Shown here: positions 18,876 to 27,491 of the stretch, in pieces
Numbering within the stretch: the stretch's first letter is position 1
Layout: each line of letters begins with the position of its first letter
Source of the DNA: an archaeon
GTDB lineage: Archaea; Nanobdellota; Nanobdellia; Woesearchaeales; UBA9642
Direction of reading: 5' to 3'
NCBI GenBank assembly: GCA_043806035.1
Contig: JAZDHK010000026.1
Coordinates: forward strand, 1 to 51,270
Length of the DNA: 51,270 bases
Made by a program: the position numbers and the translations under genes
The notes under the pieces: generated by a model
The model's input: only the letters and a program-made list of their open reading frames with translations
Database searches by the model: none
What the model was told of the DNA's origin: nothing

Positions 18876-20240
18876 TCACCCTCCATATTTCTCCTTGAGC
18901 TGCTGCACGAGTGCAGTGAGTTTCTTAGAGTGCTGCACGACGTACGTGTTGACAACAGTCCGTTTGAGTTCGTCAGGCAGTTTTGCGACTTCACTGAACG
19001 CGTACGCTCTGATATCGTTGAGTTCTCTTCGTGCAGTAACTCTCTTGCCTTCTCTGACAACTTCTTCGAGAAGAGGTTGGGCGTTCTGTACGTGTTCTGT
19101 TTCGAGCGTGATGATGTCCGTGATGTACTTGCCGTCAACACCCGTGATACGATGAACTTGCTTCTTGCCAGGCAAGGTTATTTTATCTTCGCTCAGTTTT
19201 ATCTTCGGGCCATCACTGTCTTCCGCGAGCTTGTACACGCCGGGCAGTGCAGCAGTTGGCTTTGCCGTGATGAGTTCCGTGCCCACGCCGTAACCGTCGA
19301 TGGGTGCTCCTGCCATTTTGAGTTCTGCGATCTTGTACTCGTTGAGGTCGTTGCTCGCGACAATCTTGACGTAGGGTAGTCCTTCTGCGTCGAGAATCTT
19401 CCTGACGTCCTTTGCGAGGGTAGCGAGGTCGCCGCTGTCAAGGCGGACAGCGCCGAGCGTATGCCCTTGCCGTGCTAGCTCATTGCCCACTATGGCAGCG
19501 TGCCTCGCGCCCTGCAAAGTATCGTAGGTATCGATTAGGAGTGTTGCCTGTTCTGGGAATGTTTTGACGTATGCCCTGAACGCATCTAATTCAGTGGGGA
19601 AGGACATGATGAAGCTGTGCGCGTGCGTTCCCGAGATAGGAATGTTATATTTCTTGCCTGCTTTGACGTTGCTTGTTGCTTTCGCTCCGGCGATGTATGC
19701 TGCTCTTGCTCCTTTCATGCCTGCATCTTCCTCTTGCGCCCTGCGCAGGCCGTAGTCGACGACGCCAGCAGGAGCGGCGGCTTCCACGATTCTGCTCGTC
19801 TTGCTTGCAATCATGGTCTGGAAGTTGATGATGTTCAAGAGTGCGGTTTCGAGGAATTGTGCCTGGCTTCGCTTCGCCGTTATTCTCAGAATTGGTTCAT
19901 TAGGAAATACGACCGTTCCTTCTTTCACTGCAGCGATGCTTCCTTCGAACGTGAATGTTTTGAGGCTTTGCAGGTAGTCTTCCTTGAAGATGCCCTGCTC
20001 GCGGAGATAGTCTATGTCTTCGTCGCTGAAATGGGTGTTCGTTGCGTAGTCGATGGCGTCTTCGATGCCGTTCGCGATGAAGTATCCCCAGTCTTTCGGG
20101 AGTTTCCTGATGAACAAGTCAAACGTTGCAATGTCGTCCGCCATGCCATTATCAAAATAGGCGGCGTTCATGGTTAATTGGTAGAGATCCGTGAGCAGGG
20201 TTTTGTTTTCGAGTGTTTCTTTGTTGGCAAGGGTTGTCAT
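18876..20240 (-). CDS. pncB: Nicotinate phosphoribosyltransferase
   Basis: LLTDLYQLTM, FPNEP, DYGLRRAQ, GTHAHS, LIDTYD, VRLDSGD, ASNDLNE, GVGT, GVYKL, LPGKKQV. Confidence 0.96.
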   Translation of the reverse strand: MTTLANKETLENKTLLTDLYQLTMNAAYFDNGMADDIATFDLFIRKLPKDWGYFIANGIEDAIDYATNTHFSDEDIDYLREQGIFKEDYLQSLKTFTFEGSIAAVKEGTVVFPNEPILRITAKRSQAQFLETALLNIINFQTMIASKTSRIVEAAAPAGVVDYGLRRAQEEDAGMKGARAAYIAGAKATSNVKAGKKYNIPISGTHAHSFIMSFPTELDAFRAYVKTFPEQATLLIDTYDTLQGARHAAIVGNELARQGHTLGAVRLDSGDLATLAKDVRKILDAEGLPYVKIVASNDLNEYKIAELKMAGAPIDGYGVGTELITAKPTAALPGVYKLAEDSDGPKIKLSEDKITLPGKKQVHRITGVDGKYITDIITLETEHVQNAQPLLEEVVREGKRVTARRELNDIRAYAFSEVAKLPDELKRTVVNTYVVQHSKKLTALVQQLKEKYGG

Positions 20241-20252
20241 GGTATCACCGAT

Positions 20253-20573
20253 TTACTCGTACGGCCTCGCAAAAGGCCCATCGAACTGCGATGCGTTGGA
20301 TATCCCGCTTTCGGGTTTGAACGTGAGGAAGTCGCCGTCTCGTTGGTCTGAAGTGTACTCGACGTCCCAGCCTTGGCTTCTGTATCTATCTTCTATCGTC
20401 TCTCGTGCCAGTGCATTCGGGAAGATGTCTGCGTCGATGGTTATGTAGCTAGAATTTGCCTGCATGCCCGTGATGAGGGCTTGGTCGATGCACTGCTCGA
20501 GTCGTTGGAGCTCGTCCTCTGTTGGGCGTGCCTTGCTTATTGCGTCTTGGGGCGTTAATGCCATGTCGATCAC
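20253..20573 (-). CDS. Hypothetical protein, first gene of the NAD cluster
   Basis: ~105-aa ORF, YRSQGWDVEYTSDQRDGDFLTF segment; start at 20573 or 20564. Confidence 0.7.
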   Translation of the reverse strand: MIDMALTPQDAISKARPTEDELQRLEQCIDQALITGMQANSSYITIDADIFPNALARETIEDRYRSQGWDVEYTSDQRDGDFLTFKPESGISNASQFDGPFARPYE

Positions 20574-20574
20574 C

Positions 20575-20637
20575 TACGTGTAATTTTTACTCTCTTAGTG
20601 TTTTTATTACACTTAATTAGTGTAAAAGTAACACCAA
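20575..20637. promoter_or_regulatory. Three tandem NrtR-like operator boxes (GTGT-N7-AC[A/T]C)
   Basis: GTGT-aattttt-ACTC (20578-20592), AGTGT-ttttatt-ACACT (20597-20613), GTGT-aaaagta-ACAC (20620-20634); NrtR boxes share a GT-N7-AC core. Confidence 0.72.
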
Positions 20638-20645
20638 TATATAAA
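20638..20645 (-). promoter_or_regulatory. Archaeal TATA box of the NAD cluster
   Basis: Minus strand reads TTTATATA immediately upstream of the three boxes. Confidence 0.6.
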
Positions 20646-20800
20646 TACTCTTATGCTTCAAGATAATTATTAAAAAGTATATATCAAAGAATATAAGAAA
20701 ACAAGTGAAACAGCCAAAAAAAAGACAAGGATGAGTACAAAACGAGCAGCATCCAAGAAAAGAGAATAAACTTTATTAATCCTCTATATAAAGAACATGC

Positions 20801-21496
20801 ATGCGTGACTTCACAGGAGACCTGAAACGATTCAAGGAATGGGGAATGGCATTCTGGCACAACCCAACACCAGGACTCCTGCGAGCAATGAAAACAAGCA
20901 TGATTACGAAGATACTCATCATGAGCCTATTCCTCCCTCCTACTGCACAAGCATTCAGTGCCTTCATCCAGAAAAAGCAGGACGAAATAATACAGATCAT
21001 GGACGCAGGCTGGTTCAAGCAGCTCAGCCCCGACCAGCAACATGCACGGCTCGCTCCGCACATCACCGACTGGCTCAGGGCCATGCGCAATGAAACTATG
21101 CAAAACATCATGGACGGCCATTATCAGACGGCAAAGACAGACGTCCTCAACCTCAAACACATAGCAACGGAACTCAAGCAAGACCGCCTCATCTTTGACT
21201 GCAAGGCATTGCAGGCAGACATTGATTCTCTCGAGAACCTGCAGACAGAACAAGACCTCGCAAAGAATGCAGCAGCATACAAGCAGATCAAGAAAGAGAA
21301 CGGCATACAAACCGTGCAAGGCAGGCAGCACATTGTCTGGACGCACACCTCGAAGGATATCCAGTTTGCAGCAGACATCGCCAGGGCACACATTGAAAAA
21401 TTTGCACAAGACCATCACCTACAGCTGCAAGGCCAGCCGCGCATGCACCTCGATCTGGAGACAGGCACGGCAACGCTCTGGTGGGAAGTCAGATAA
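20801..21496 (+). CDS. Hypothetical protein, possibly secreted (alternative start 20889)
   Basis: Long ORF; MKTSMITKILIMSLFLPPTAQA resembles a signal peptide; helical composition. Confidence 0.6.
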   Translation: MRDFTGDLKRFKEWGMAFWHNPTPGLLRAMKTSMITKILIMSLFLPPTAQAFSAFIQKKQDEIIQIMDAGWFKQLSPDQQHARLAPHITDWLRAMRNETMQNIMDGHYQTAKTDVLNLKHIATELKQDRLIFDCKALQADIDSLENLQTEQDLAKNAAAYKQIKKENGIQTVQGRQHIVWTHTSKDIQFAADIARAHIEKFAQDHHLQLQGQPRMHLDLETGTATLWWEVR

Positions 21497-21536
21497 TCAG
21501 CACAAAGTATAAATATATCTTCACGCAGAGAGGAGT

Positions 21537-21953
21537 GTGCTAAAAAAATATGAGCGCAACCCTCCTGCTGTCGTCGCAACCATTCTTGCAGGAATAGGCG
21601 TCCTCTTCTCTGGATTTCTTACCATAGAAAAGCTGTTTACGGGAAGCTGCACCATCTCTGAAGGGTGCACGTCCGTCTTCGGCATACCGAGCTGCGTGTA
21701 TGGACTCGTATTGTTCCTCATCATTCTCATCACAGGAATCCTGACCTTGTTCAGAAGAAAAAGGGGAAGAGGAGTCAGAAAGATACTGCTCCTCATCGCC
21801 TCGTTCATAGGGGTTGTTTTTTCCTTGGCCGTAACGCTCACCGAACTCAAGCCTTGCCCGGGCGGGTGCACATTCACCTTGTTCTTGCCCGCCTGCGCGT
21901 ACGGTTTTGTGCTGTTTTTAGCAATACTGACTTTAGTATTAACTAATAAATAG
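21537..21953 (+). CDS. Small Cys-containing 4-TM membrane protein, internally duplicated (VKOR/DsbB-like redox candidate)
   Basis: Two repeats: C..GCTSVFGIPSCVYGLVLFL and C..GCTFTLFLPACAYGFVLFL. Confidence 0.65.
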   Translation: MLKKYERNPPAVVATILAGIGVLFSGFLTIEKLFTGSCTISEGCTSVFGIPSCVYGLVLFLIILITGILTLFRRKRGRGVRKILLLIASFIGVVFSLAVTLTELKPCPGGCTFTLFLPACAYGFVLFLAILTLVLTNK

Positions 21954-21966
21954 TAACATTTTTATA

Positions 21967-22629
21967 GTGGTGGAATACACGGAAGACATGCACTGCCTCT
22001 TCCCGGGAGACAAGGTCGTTGTTCTGCAAAGAGCGACAACACCCGACGCCGAGCCACATGAATACAATAGAGAAGGAATTCTTACAGGCATACGGCATCC
22101 GCCGAACGCCTGCATCGCACTCGCCAACGTGCACGTCACGTATGCCTGCAAGGAATGTGCATCTCTGCCCATGGAGACGGAAGACATCATCGTCCCCAAT
22201 ACCAAGATTATACGCATCGGCAGGCACAGGGCAAAACCGAAAGAGCCACATCTCGATGACATCGTCCAGATCACGCGTGGCAAATTCTGCGGCAATCTCG
22301 GACTTGTCGTGGGCATCAGGAAGCAAGAGCACGTCATCTACGAGCTCATCAACCATGCCGCATACTCGAAACTTGACGAGATTAGGCAGCTGCTCAGCCA
22401 GTATGTTGACAGCAAGCACGACGCATACGTGCGCGAGGAATGTATCACTCCCCCTGAGGATCCCTTGCAACGATACCTCTTCGATATAGAGGTCGAATGT
22501 TGGAAGGAGGAAGAAGAACAAAAATTTCTCATGCAGGAGAACGTGACGCAATGCATGCAGCGACTCCAGGACGAGCTCACACTGTACCTTCCCGAGACGG
22601 ACATAAAGCTCGTCGCGAGAAACATTTAA
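21967..22629 (+). CDS. Hypothetical protein with KOW-like motifs
   Basis: PGDKVVV..REGIL and LDDIVQITRGKFCGNLGLVV resemble KOW motifs. Confidence 0.55.
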   Translation: MVEYTEDMHCLFPGDKVVVLQRATTPDAEPHEYNREGILTGIRHPPNACIALANVHVTYACKECASLPMETEDIIVPNTKIIRIGRHRAKPKEPHLDDIVQITRGKFCGNLGLVVGIRKQEHVIYELINHAAYSKLDEIRQLLSQYVDSKHDAYVREECITPPEDPLQRYLFDIEVECWKEEEEQKFLMQENVTQCMQRLQDELTLYLPETDIKLVARNI

Positions 22630-22654
22630 AAACAGAATATGCTCATGCGATGCT

Positions 22655-25126
22655 ATGAGAGGTGTGGTATTCTTTAGTATATGTATTCTCGTCCTTCCTT
22701 TGGCATTCGCGGCATATCCTGCGTGCAATCAGCCGAATGATTGTCAGGACGCAAGATGCTGCACGAACACATTCTGCACGGACCATTCCTCTTGCCGTAT
22801 CGTCTTCGTTTCTCACACCATCAACCAACCTTCACCAACAACAGTTGATGTTCTTGACGCTGGCTGCCAGCAAGAAGCAGAAATGGCTGGACTGACGGGA
22901 AGAAAATTCGTTGCCTGGTGGAGTTCCTCAACGGTCAACGCCTCGGACAGGCTTGCCGATGGCAGGTTCGTTCTCGTCGATGGAACCATTGTCGCGAATG
23001 ACAAGGCAGACCTGCTCGATGGAAGCATCGACGCCACTATCAGTCGTACAGCTGCCGACCAGGAGTACTGCTCTGCCCTTGTCAGGACGGGAACGAACGC
23101 TTCAGGGGCACTCGTCAAAGGAACAGTCATCATAGGAGAACTAGCAGATGGCACAACGTTCTATGACAACATTTCTTTCAATTGCAATGATCTTGTGGGA
23201 TGCAGTACACCACCTTATCCGTACACGTGCTATTATTATCCTACACAGCAAGTGACCGGGTATTGTGACACCTCAAGCATCTGGACGTACGTCACAAGAC
23301 AAAGCTGCTTTTCGGCAGATCTTTACTGCTTCCAGACCACGTGCGACGTCGACCTCGATGGCCACACCGCAACGGGATGGTGTGGAGGGGATGACTGCAA
23401 CGACTACAATCCTGCCGTCTATCAGAATGCGGTCGAGAACTGCCATGATGGCATAGACAATGACTGCAATGGGCTTCTTGACTGTTGGGATCCCGCCTGT
23501 TCTAACATTGTCGATTGCAATGTTACTGCTTGCTGCAAGCACCCCTCCTGTGCGTCAAACGAATCCTGCAGGCTGCTTTTTGTCACCGCAAGCACAACGC
23601 AGGGAGCAATAAGCGCTCCCGGCTTCCAGAACGGCATTTTCTCTGCCGATGCAATCTGCCAGCAGGAAGCAGAAACTGCTGGACTGTCCAACCGACGATT
23701 CGTCGCCTGGCTAAGCACCACCAGCACCAACGCAAAAGACAGAATAATCGACGGCAGGTTCGTGTCCACCAATAGCAACATCATCGCATTCAACAAGTCA
23801 GATCTGACCGATAGCTCGCTCAGCCAACCCCTCTATTGGGACGCCTCAGGAAATGCGGTAGGAACTCCGTTATGGGTGTGGACGGGAACATACAATACGG
23901 GGACGAAATACTCAGGAAGAACGTGTGGCGACTGGCTCTCTACCTCTGCATCGGGAATGAGAGGGCACCAGTTTTATCCCATTTATTTCTGGACAGAAGA
24001 TTGGCGTCCAGGGGGAACGTATGGAAAGCTTGGTATTGGCTCATGCACCACAGATGCACACCTATACTGCTTCCAAACAACGTGTGATCTGGACAATGAC
24101 GGGCACAATGCAACCATTGGGTGTGGAGGTCCGGACTGCAATGATTATGTTGCTTCTATTCATCCCGGCGCTATAGAGATCTGCGGGAACGGCATCGACG
24201 AGGACTGCGATGGCAGTGATGCTATCTGCTCATGCACTGATGTGGACATGGATGAGTATGGGAGTGCTCATCTCGAACAATGTTTACATCCTGAGCTGGA
24301 CTGCAACGACAACAATAACGGTATCTATCCTGGAGCTCCAGAGATCTGTGGCAACGGCATAGACGAGGACTGCGATGGTTCTGACACAGCATGCCCTTGT
24401 CCGGACGCCGATGGCGACACGTATCAGGCAGCATACTGCGGCGGGCTGGACTGCGATGACAATTACGCATTCATTCATCCCGGCGCGTTCGACATCTGCG
24501 ACAACGGCATCGACGAGGACTGCAGTGGCAGCGATGCATCGTGTACTGCAGCAACAGGCAATCTCACCGGATTCGTGCGTGACAATTACGGCGAGGTTGT
24601 CGGCAGAGACGCACACGTCATCATCTATCCTGAGGGCGTGCAGCTTGAGACAACTGTAGATTTCGACACGGGAGCATACGTTCTTTCTGATGCCCCGGTC
24701 GGCAGCTATTACGCTAGCGCCGACAAGCAAGGCTACTCGACAGACACTGCACGCATCAACATCACTGAAGACAACACGACAGAACAGAACTTCACCTTGT
24801 ACAGGTATGGCTGCAGGGGAGACTGCACGGACTACCAAGGCAGGTGCAACGCTCTCTGCGAAGGCATCAGCAGGGGCAATGACACGTGCACGTTCTTCAG
24901 CGAACAGACACGGACTGCTTGCAGTGGCAGGAGAGGAGGGACATTGCTCATCCTCAACGCCACAGAAAACACGTACACGTTCGTGCAGTGCTGTGAGAGC
25001 AGCCCGTACGAACTGCCACGACCGCTCGCCTCACTGGGCGGCATCATGGAGAACATCGTCACGTACATAGAAACAGTAACGTTCGAAGGATTCCCTGCGA
25101 GGCTCGTTATCGTAACCTGGTCATGA
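22655..25126 (+). CDS. Secreted Cys-rich protein: two DUF1554-like domains, MopE-like putative metal-binding repeats, carboxypeptidase-regulatory-like beta sandwich
   Basis: Signal peptide; twice FV....DAxCQQEAE.AGL..R.FVAWxS.ST.NA.DR..DGRFV...LYCFQ; four DCxD...GAxEIC.NGIDxDC.G units; GNLTGFVRD..G.Y...A.K.GY..NFTL. Confidence 0.8.
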   Translation: MRGVVFFSICILVLPLAFAAYPACNQPNDCQDARCCTNTFCTDHSSCRIVFVSHTINQPSPTTVDVLDAGCQQEAEMAGLTGRKFVAWWSSSTVNASDRLADGRFVLVDGTIVANDKADLLDGSIDATISRTAADQEYCSALVRTGTNASGALVKGTVIIGELADGTTFYDNISFNCNDLVGCSTPPYPYTCYYYPTQQVTGYCDTSSIWTYVTRQSCFSADLYCFQTTCDVDLDGHTATGWCGGDDCNDYNPAVYQNAVENCHDGIDNDCNGLLDCWDPACSNIVDCNVTACCKHPSCASNESCRLLFVTASTTQGAISAPGFQNGIFSADAICQQEAETAGLSNRRFVAWLSTTSTNAKDRIIDGRFVSTNSNIIAFNKSDLTDSSLSQPLYWDASGNAVGTPLWVWTGTYNTGTKYSGRTCGDWLSTSASGMRGHQFYPIYFWTEDWRPGGTYGKLGIGSCTTDAHLYCFQTTCDLDNDGHNATIGCGGPDCNDYVASIHPGAIEICGNGIDEDCDGSDAICSCTDVDMDEYGSAHLEQCLHPELDCNDNNNGIYPGAPEICGNGIDEDCDGSDTACPCPDADGDTYQAAYCGGLDCDDNYAFIHPGAFDICDNGIDEDCSGSDASCTAATGNLTGFVRDNYGEVVGRDAHVIIYPEGVQLETTVDFDTGAYVLSDAPVGSYYASADKQGYSTDTARINITEDNTTEQNFTLYRYGCRGDCTDYQGRCNALCEGISRGNDTCTFFSEQTRTACSGRRGGTLLILNATENTYTFVQCCESSPYELPRPLASLGGIMENIVTYIETVTFEGFPARLVIVTWS
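24175..24530 (+). repeat. Three nucleotide-level repeats encoding the EICGNGIDEDCDG unit
   Basis: gagatctgcgggaacggcatcgacgaggactgc, gagatctgtggcaacggcatagacgaggactgc and gacatctgcgacaacggcatcgacgaggactgc. Confidence 0.75.
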
Positions 25127-27296
25127 TCTGCTCATACACGCCAGGATATGCTGTTGGATTAAGGAGCAAGTTATGCAAGAGTGCAGTGGTGCTGCAATTG
25201 CCCTGCACCACCGTTGTTTGAGAGAGGCGTGCGCTGCTCAAGGTGACGATGCCATCACCATCCGTTCCCTGCATGTCGCAGCCGCTGCCTGCAATGACTT
25301 CCCAGTTCTGTTGCTCGCTGTTGAGCTTGTTCAGGAATAGGCTGCCTTGCTGCATCTCCTCACATTCTGTTGCCGCTCCGAAGAGCGTGCAGTAATCATA
25401 TATGCGCCCAATAATGCCTCTGTTCGGTGTGCCTACAAGGATGACCGTGCCTAGCTTGTCTTCGCCGAAGACTTGTGCGTACCTTCTCACCACTAATCCT
25501 CCCATGGAATGCGCGATAACGTCCACCTTGTCCTTGCCTGTCAGCAGGAGAATGTTGTCTATGCTCTCCTTGATGCGTATGGCGTACGTGTCGAGATTGC
25601 TCGTCTTGCTCTCCTCGACGACAAAACTGCCTATGCCTTTGTACGTTTCCAGATAATACGTCACTTTGAAGACGAACGGCAACGGATTCATGCCCAAATC
25701 TCCTGCAGGATACACTTGGTAGTTTGACGTGAAAACACCGAAGGGAATGTATACGTTATCTGCAAAAAGTCTATCCTCAAATGGTGTGAAGATGTCCGTT
25801 GACAAGAATGCGGAATTCTGCGTGATGAAGGAATGGCCATGGACGAGCAGTAATGGATGTCTTGCGGAGCCCGCGCATGCCGTGCAATGGCTGAATGCGC
25901 AGCAGGAAGGTTCAGGGTCAGTGATAGCTGCTATGCTTGGCGAAAGGTTGAGCTGGGGAAGCTGCACGGGAATGATTTCGAGCTCTTTTGGCTGCACAAC
26001 CTCATCCGCCGCACAACGCGTAAGTTCTTCTTTGACAAGGATTGCGCTCGAGCCTGACGTGTTTGCCAACATCTCAGCAGTTATGGCTGCTATCCTTTCC
26101 TGGATGTAGTCGTTGATGCGTGTGTTGTTCGTCGTGAATGATTGCAGAATGTCTATTGCGAGCGTGTTGTTGACGCTGCTTTGGTTGATTGTCGAGAGGT
26201 ATGCGCAGAATTGCTGTTGGGCGAGCAGCAGCGCATCTCCCGTTGCGGTCATGCCGTGCTCGACGTAGGTCATAGGAATGCTGCAGTCTTGGCAGGAGAG
26301 CTGTTCGAGGAGGAATGCGTCGATGTAGACGAGTAGGGAGTCCTGCACTGCTGTTTCGTTTATGGTGAAGTTGACGTGCGCAAGTTCTGCTGTGGCTGTC
26401 GTGTAGTTTATTCGTTGTCGTTTGTTGAGCAAGTCAGTGTACATGTTAAGGAGGCGTTGCTCTGTCGTATAGTTGTGTGTTGTGTACTTGCCGAGTGCCG
26501 CCGCGCGCTTTGCTAGGTCTATCTTTTCTTGCACGAGCAGAATTAGGAGATTGTGCATGCTTGCCCGATCGAGCGTTGCCTGCTCAAGTTCTTGGATGGG
26601 CAGTTGCGCGTACGTGTAGATGGAGAAGTCAAGCTGTTCCCATGTGCGAATTGCATCTTGCAACGTGAGTTCTTGTTCGTGCAATTGCCTGTCGAGCAAA
26701 AGCGTGGTGTTCTTGAGGTCTTCTGTGAACAAGTCCATGCTGGCAAGGTCTGCCTTCGTCCGTTCTATACTCACCTTGTTTCTTGCCAACTGCAGTGATG
26801 CGTTAAGGAGCACGTCTTTCGCATATGCCTGTTCTGCCTTCTCCTTGTTGTTGAGATCATACGTTATCGTGATTGTGCTCTTCCGGGAAATGGGTGTATT
26901 CGTGGGGCAGAGGTTCGTGTGCTTGGTCGTGCATGATACGCTGTAAGAAAGTACGTCCTGCCCTTGCCCTTCCCTCACTACATACTGCAGGCTTGTGACG
27001 TGTTCTTTGTGGTTGGAAAAGGTGAATGTTGCATTCTTGAGCATCTTTCCAGAACCAACATCGAGAACCTGCGCCGTACAGGTCGCCGTGCACAGCCAGG
27101 GCGTGTCCAGCACTGCAGCAATGGTGATGTTTGCCTCGTCTCCATGCACGAGGGAAAGTTGTTGGTAGGTGGGATTGAGCTGGATACGTATGGCTTCCTT
27201 GATGAGGAAGTTGACGTTCAGCAGGACGAGCAGGATGATGAGCAAGACCGCTATCATGCCGAGCAGGATGATGCCGAGCTTGAGATGCTTGTGCAT
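25107..27296 (-). CDS. Membrane-anchored alpha/beta hydrolase (lipase/esterase-like) with long extracellular stalk
   Basis: N-terminal TM; C-terminal LLLVHG, VDVIAHSMGG nucleophile elbow, GTPNRG, DGDGIV, terminal His. Confidence 0.82.
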   Translation of the reverse strand: MHKHLKLGIILLGMIAVLLIILLVLLNVNFLIKEAIRIQLNPTYQQLSLVHGDEANITIAAVLDTPWLCTATCTAQVLDVGSGKMLKNATFTFSNHKEHVTSLQYVVREGQGQDVLSYSVSCTTKHTNLCPTNTPISRKSTITITYDLNNKEKAEQAYAKDVLLNASLQLARNKVSIERTKADLASMDLFTEDLKNTTLLLDRQLHEQELTLQDAIRTWEQLDFSIYTYAQLPIQELEQATLDRASMHNLLILLVQEKIDLAKRAAALGKYTTHNYTTEQRLLNMYTDLLNKRQRINYTTATAELAHVNFTINETAVQDSLLVYIDAFLLEQLSCQDCSIPMTYVEHGMTATGDALLLAQQQFCAYLSTINQSSVNNTLAIDILQSFTTNNTRINDYIQERIAAITAEMLANTSGSSAILVKEELTRCAADEVVQPKELEIIPVQLPQLNLSPSIAAITDPEPSCCAFSHCTACAGSARHPLLLVHGHSFITQNSAFLSTDIFTPFEDRLFADNVYIPFGVFTSNYQVYPAGDLGMNPLPFVFKVTYYLETYKGIGSFVVEESKTSNLDTYAIRIKESIDNILLLTGKDKVDVIAHSMGGLVVRRYAQVFGEDKLGTVILVGTPNRGIIGRIYDYCTLFGAATECEEMQQGSLFLNKLNSEQQNWEVIAGSGCDMQGTDGDGIVTLSSARLSQTTVVQGNCSTTALLHNLLLNPTAYPGVYEQIMTRLR

Positions 27297-27372
27297 ACCT
27301 GTTTACTGCAAAAATCGCTTTATAATGGTTATGAAAATCTTTATAAACGCTGGGAAAACTGTTTTCTTTGAC

Positions 27373-27465
27373 GCCTCCGTAGCATAGTAGCTATTGCGTT
27401 GCCTTGGTAGTGCAGAGATGCAAGCAAAGAGGCAAAGGTCGCGAGTGCAACTCTCGCCGGAGGCT
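27373..27465 (+). tRNA. tRNA-Thr(GGT) with a 20-nt intron at position 37/38 (27410-27429)
   Basis: Acceptor GCCTCCG/CGGAGGC with discriminator T; anticodon stem TTGCC/GGCAA around TT-GGT-A|A; T-stem GCGAG/CTCGC; upstream TTTATAAA at ~27341. Confidence 0.88.
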
Positions 27466-27491
27466 TTCTAGAATTGGGTAAAGCTCTCACA

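Noticed and set aside
18872-19141. N-terminal 90 aa of the 247-aa ORF 18398-19141
   Set aside because: Overlaps the pncB 3' end in another frame; a better SD-preceded ATG exists at 18871.
13159-20240. Phage-type NARP1 pathway (ADP-ribose pyrophosphorylation plus Namat)
   Set aside because: No PRPP-synthetase-like gene is present and the phosphoribosyltransferase has PncB-type motifs alongside PncA and NadE, so it fits the deamidating salvage route.
20575-20640. Short repeats as a possible mini-CRISPR array
   Set aside because: Units are ~21 bp palindromes with no spacers and no cas genes; an operator array explains them better.
22655-24080. Diversity-generating retroelement target
   Set aside because: No reverse transcriptase or template-repeat/variable-repeat pair with adenine-specific differences is visible in the window.
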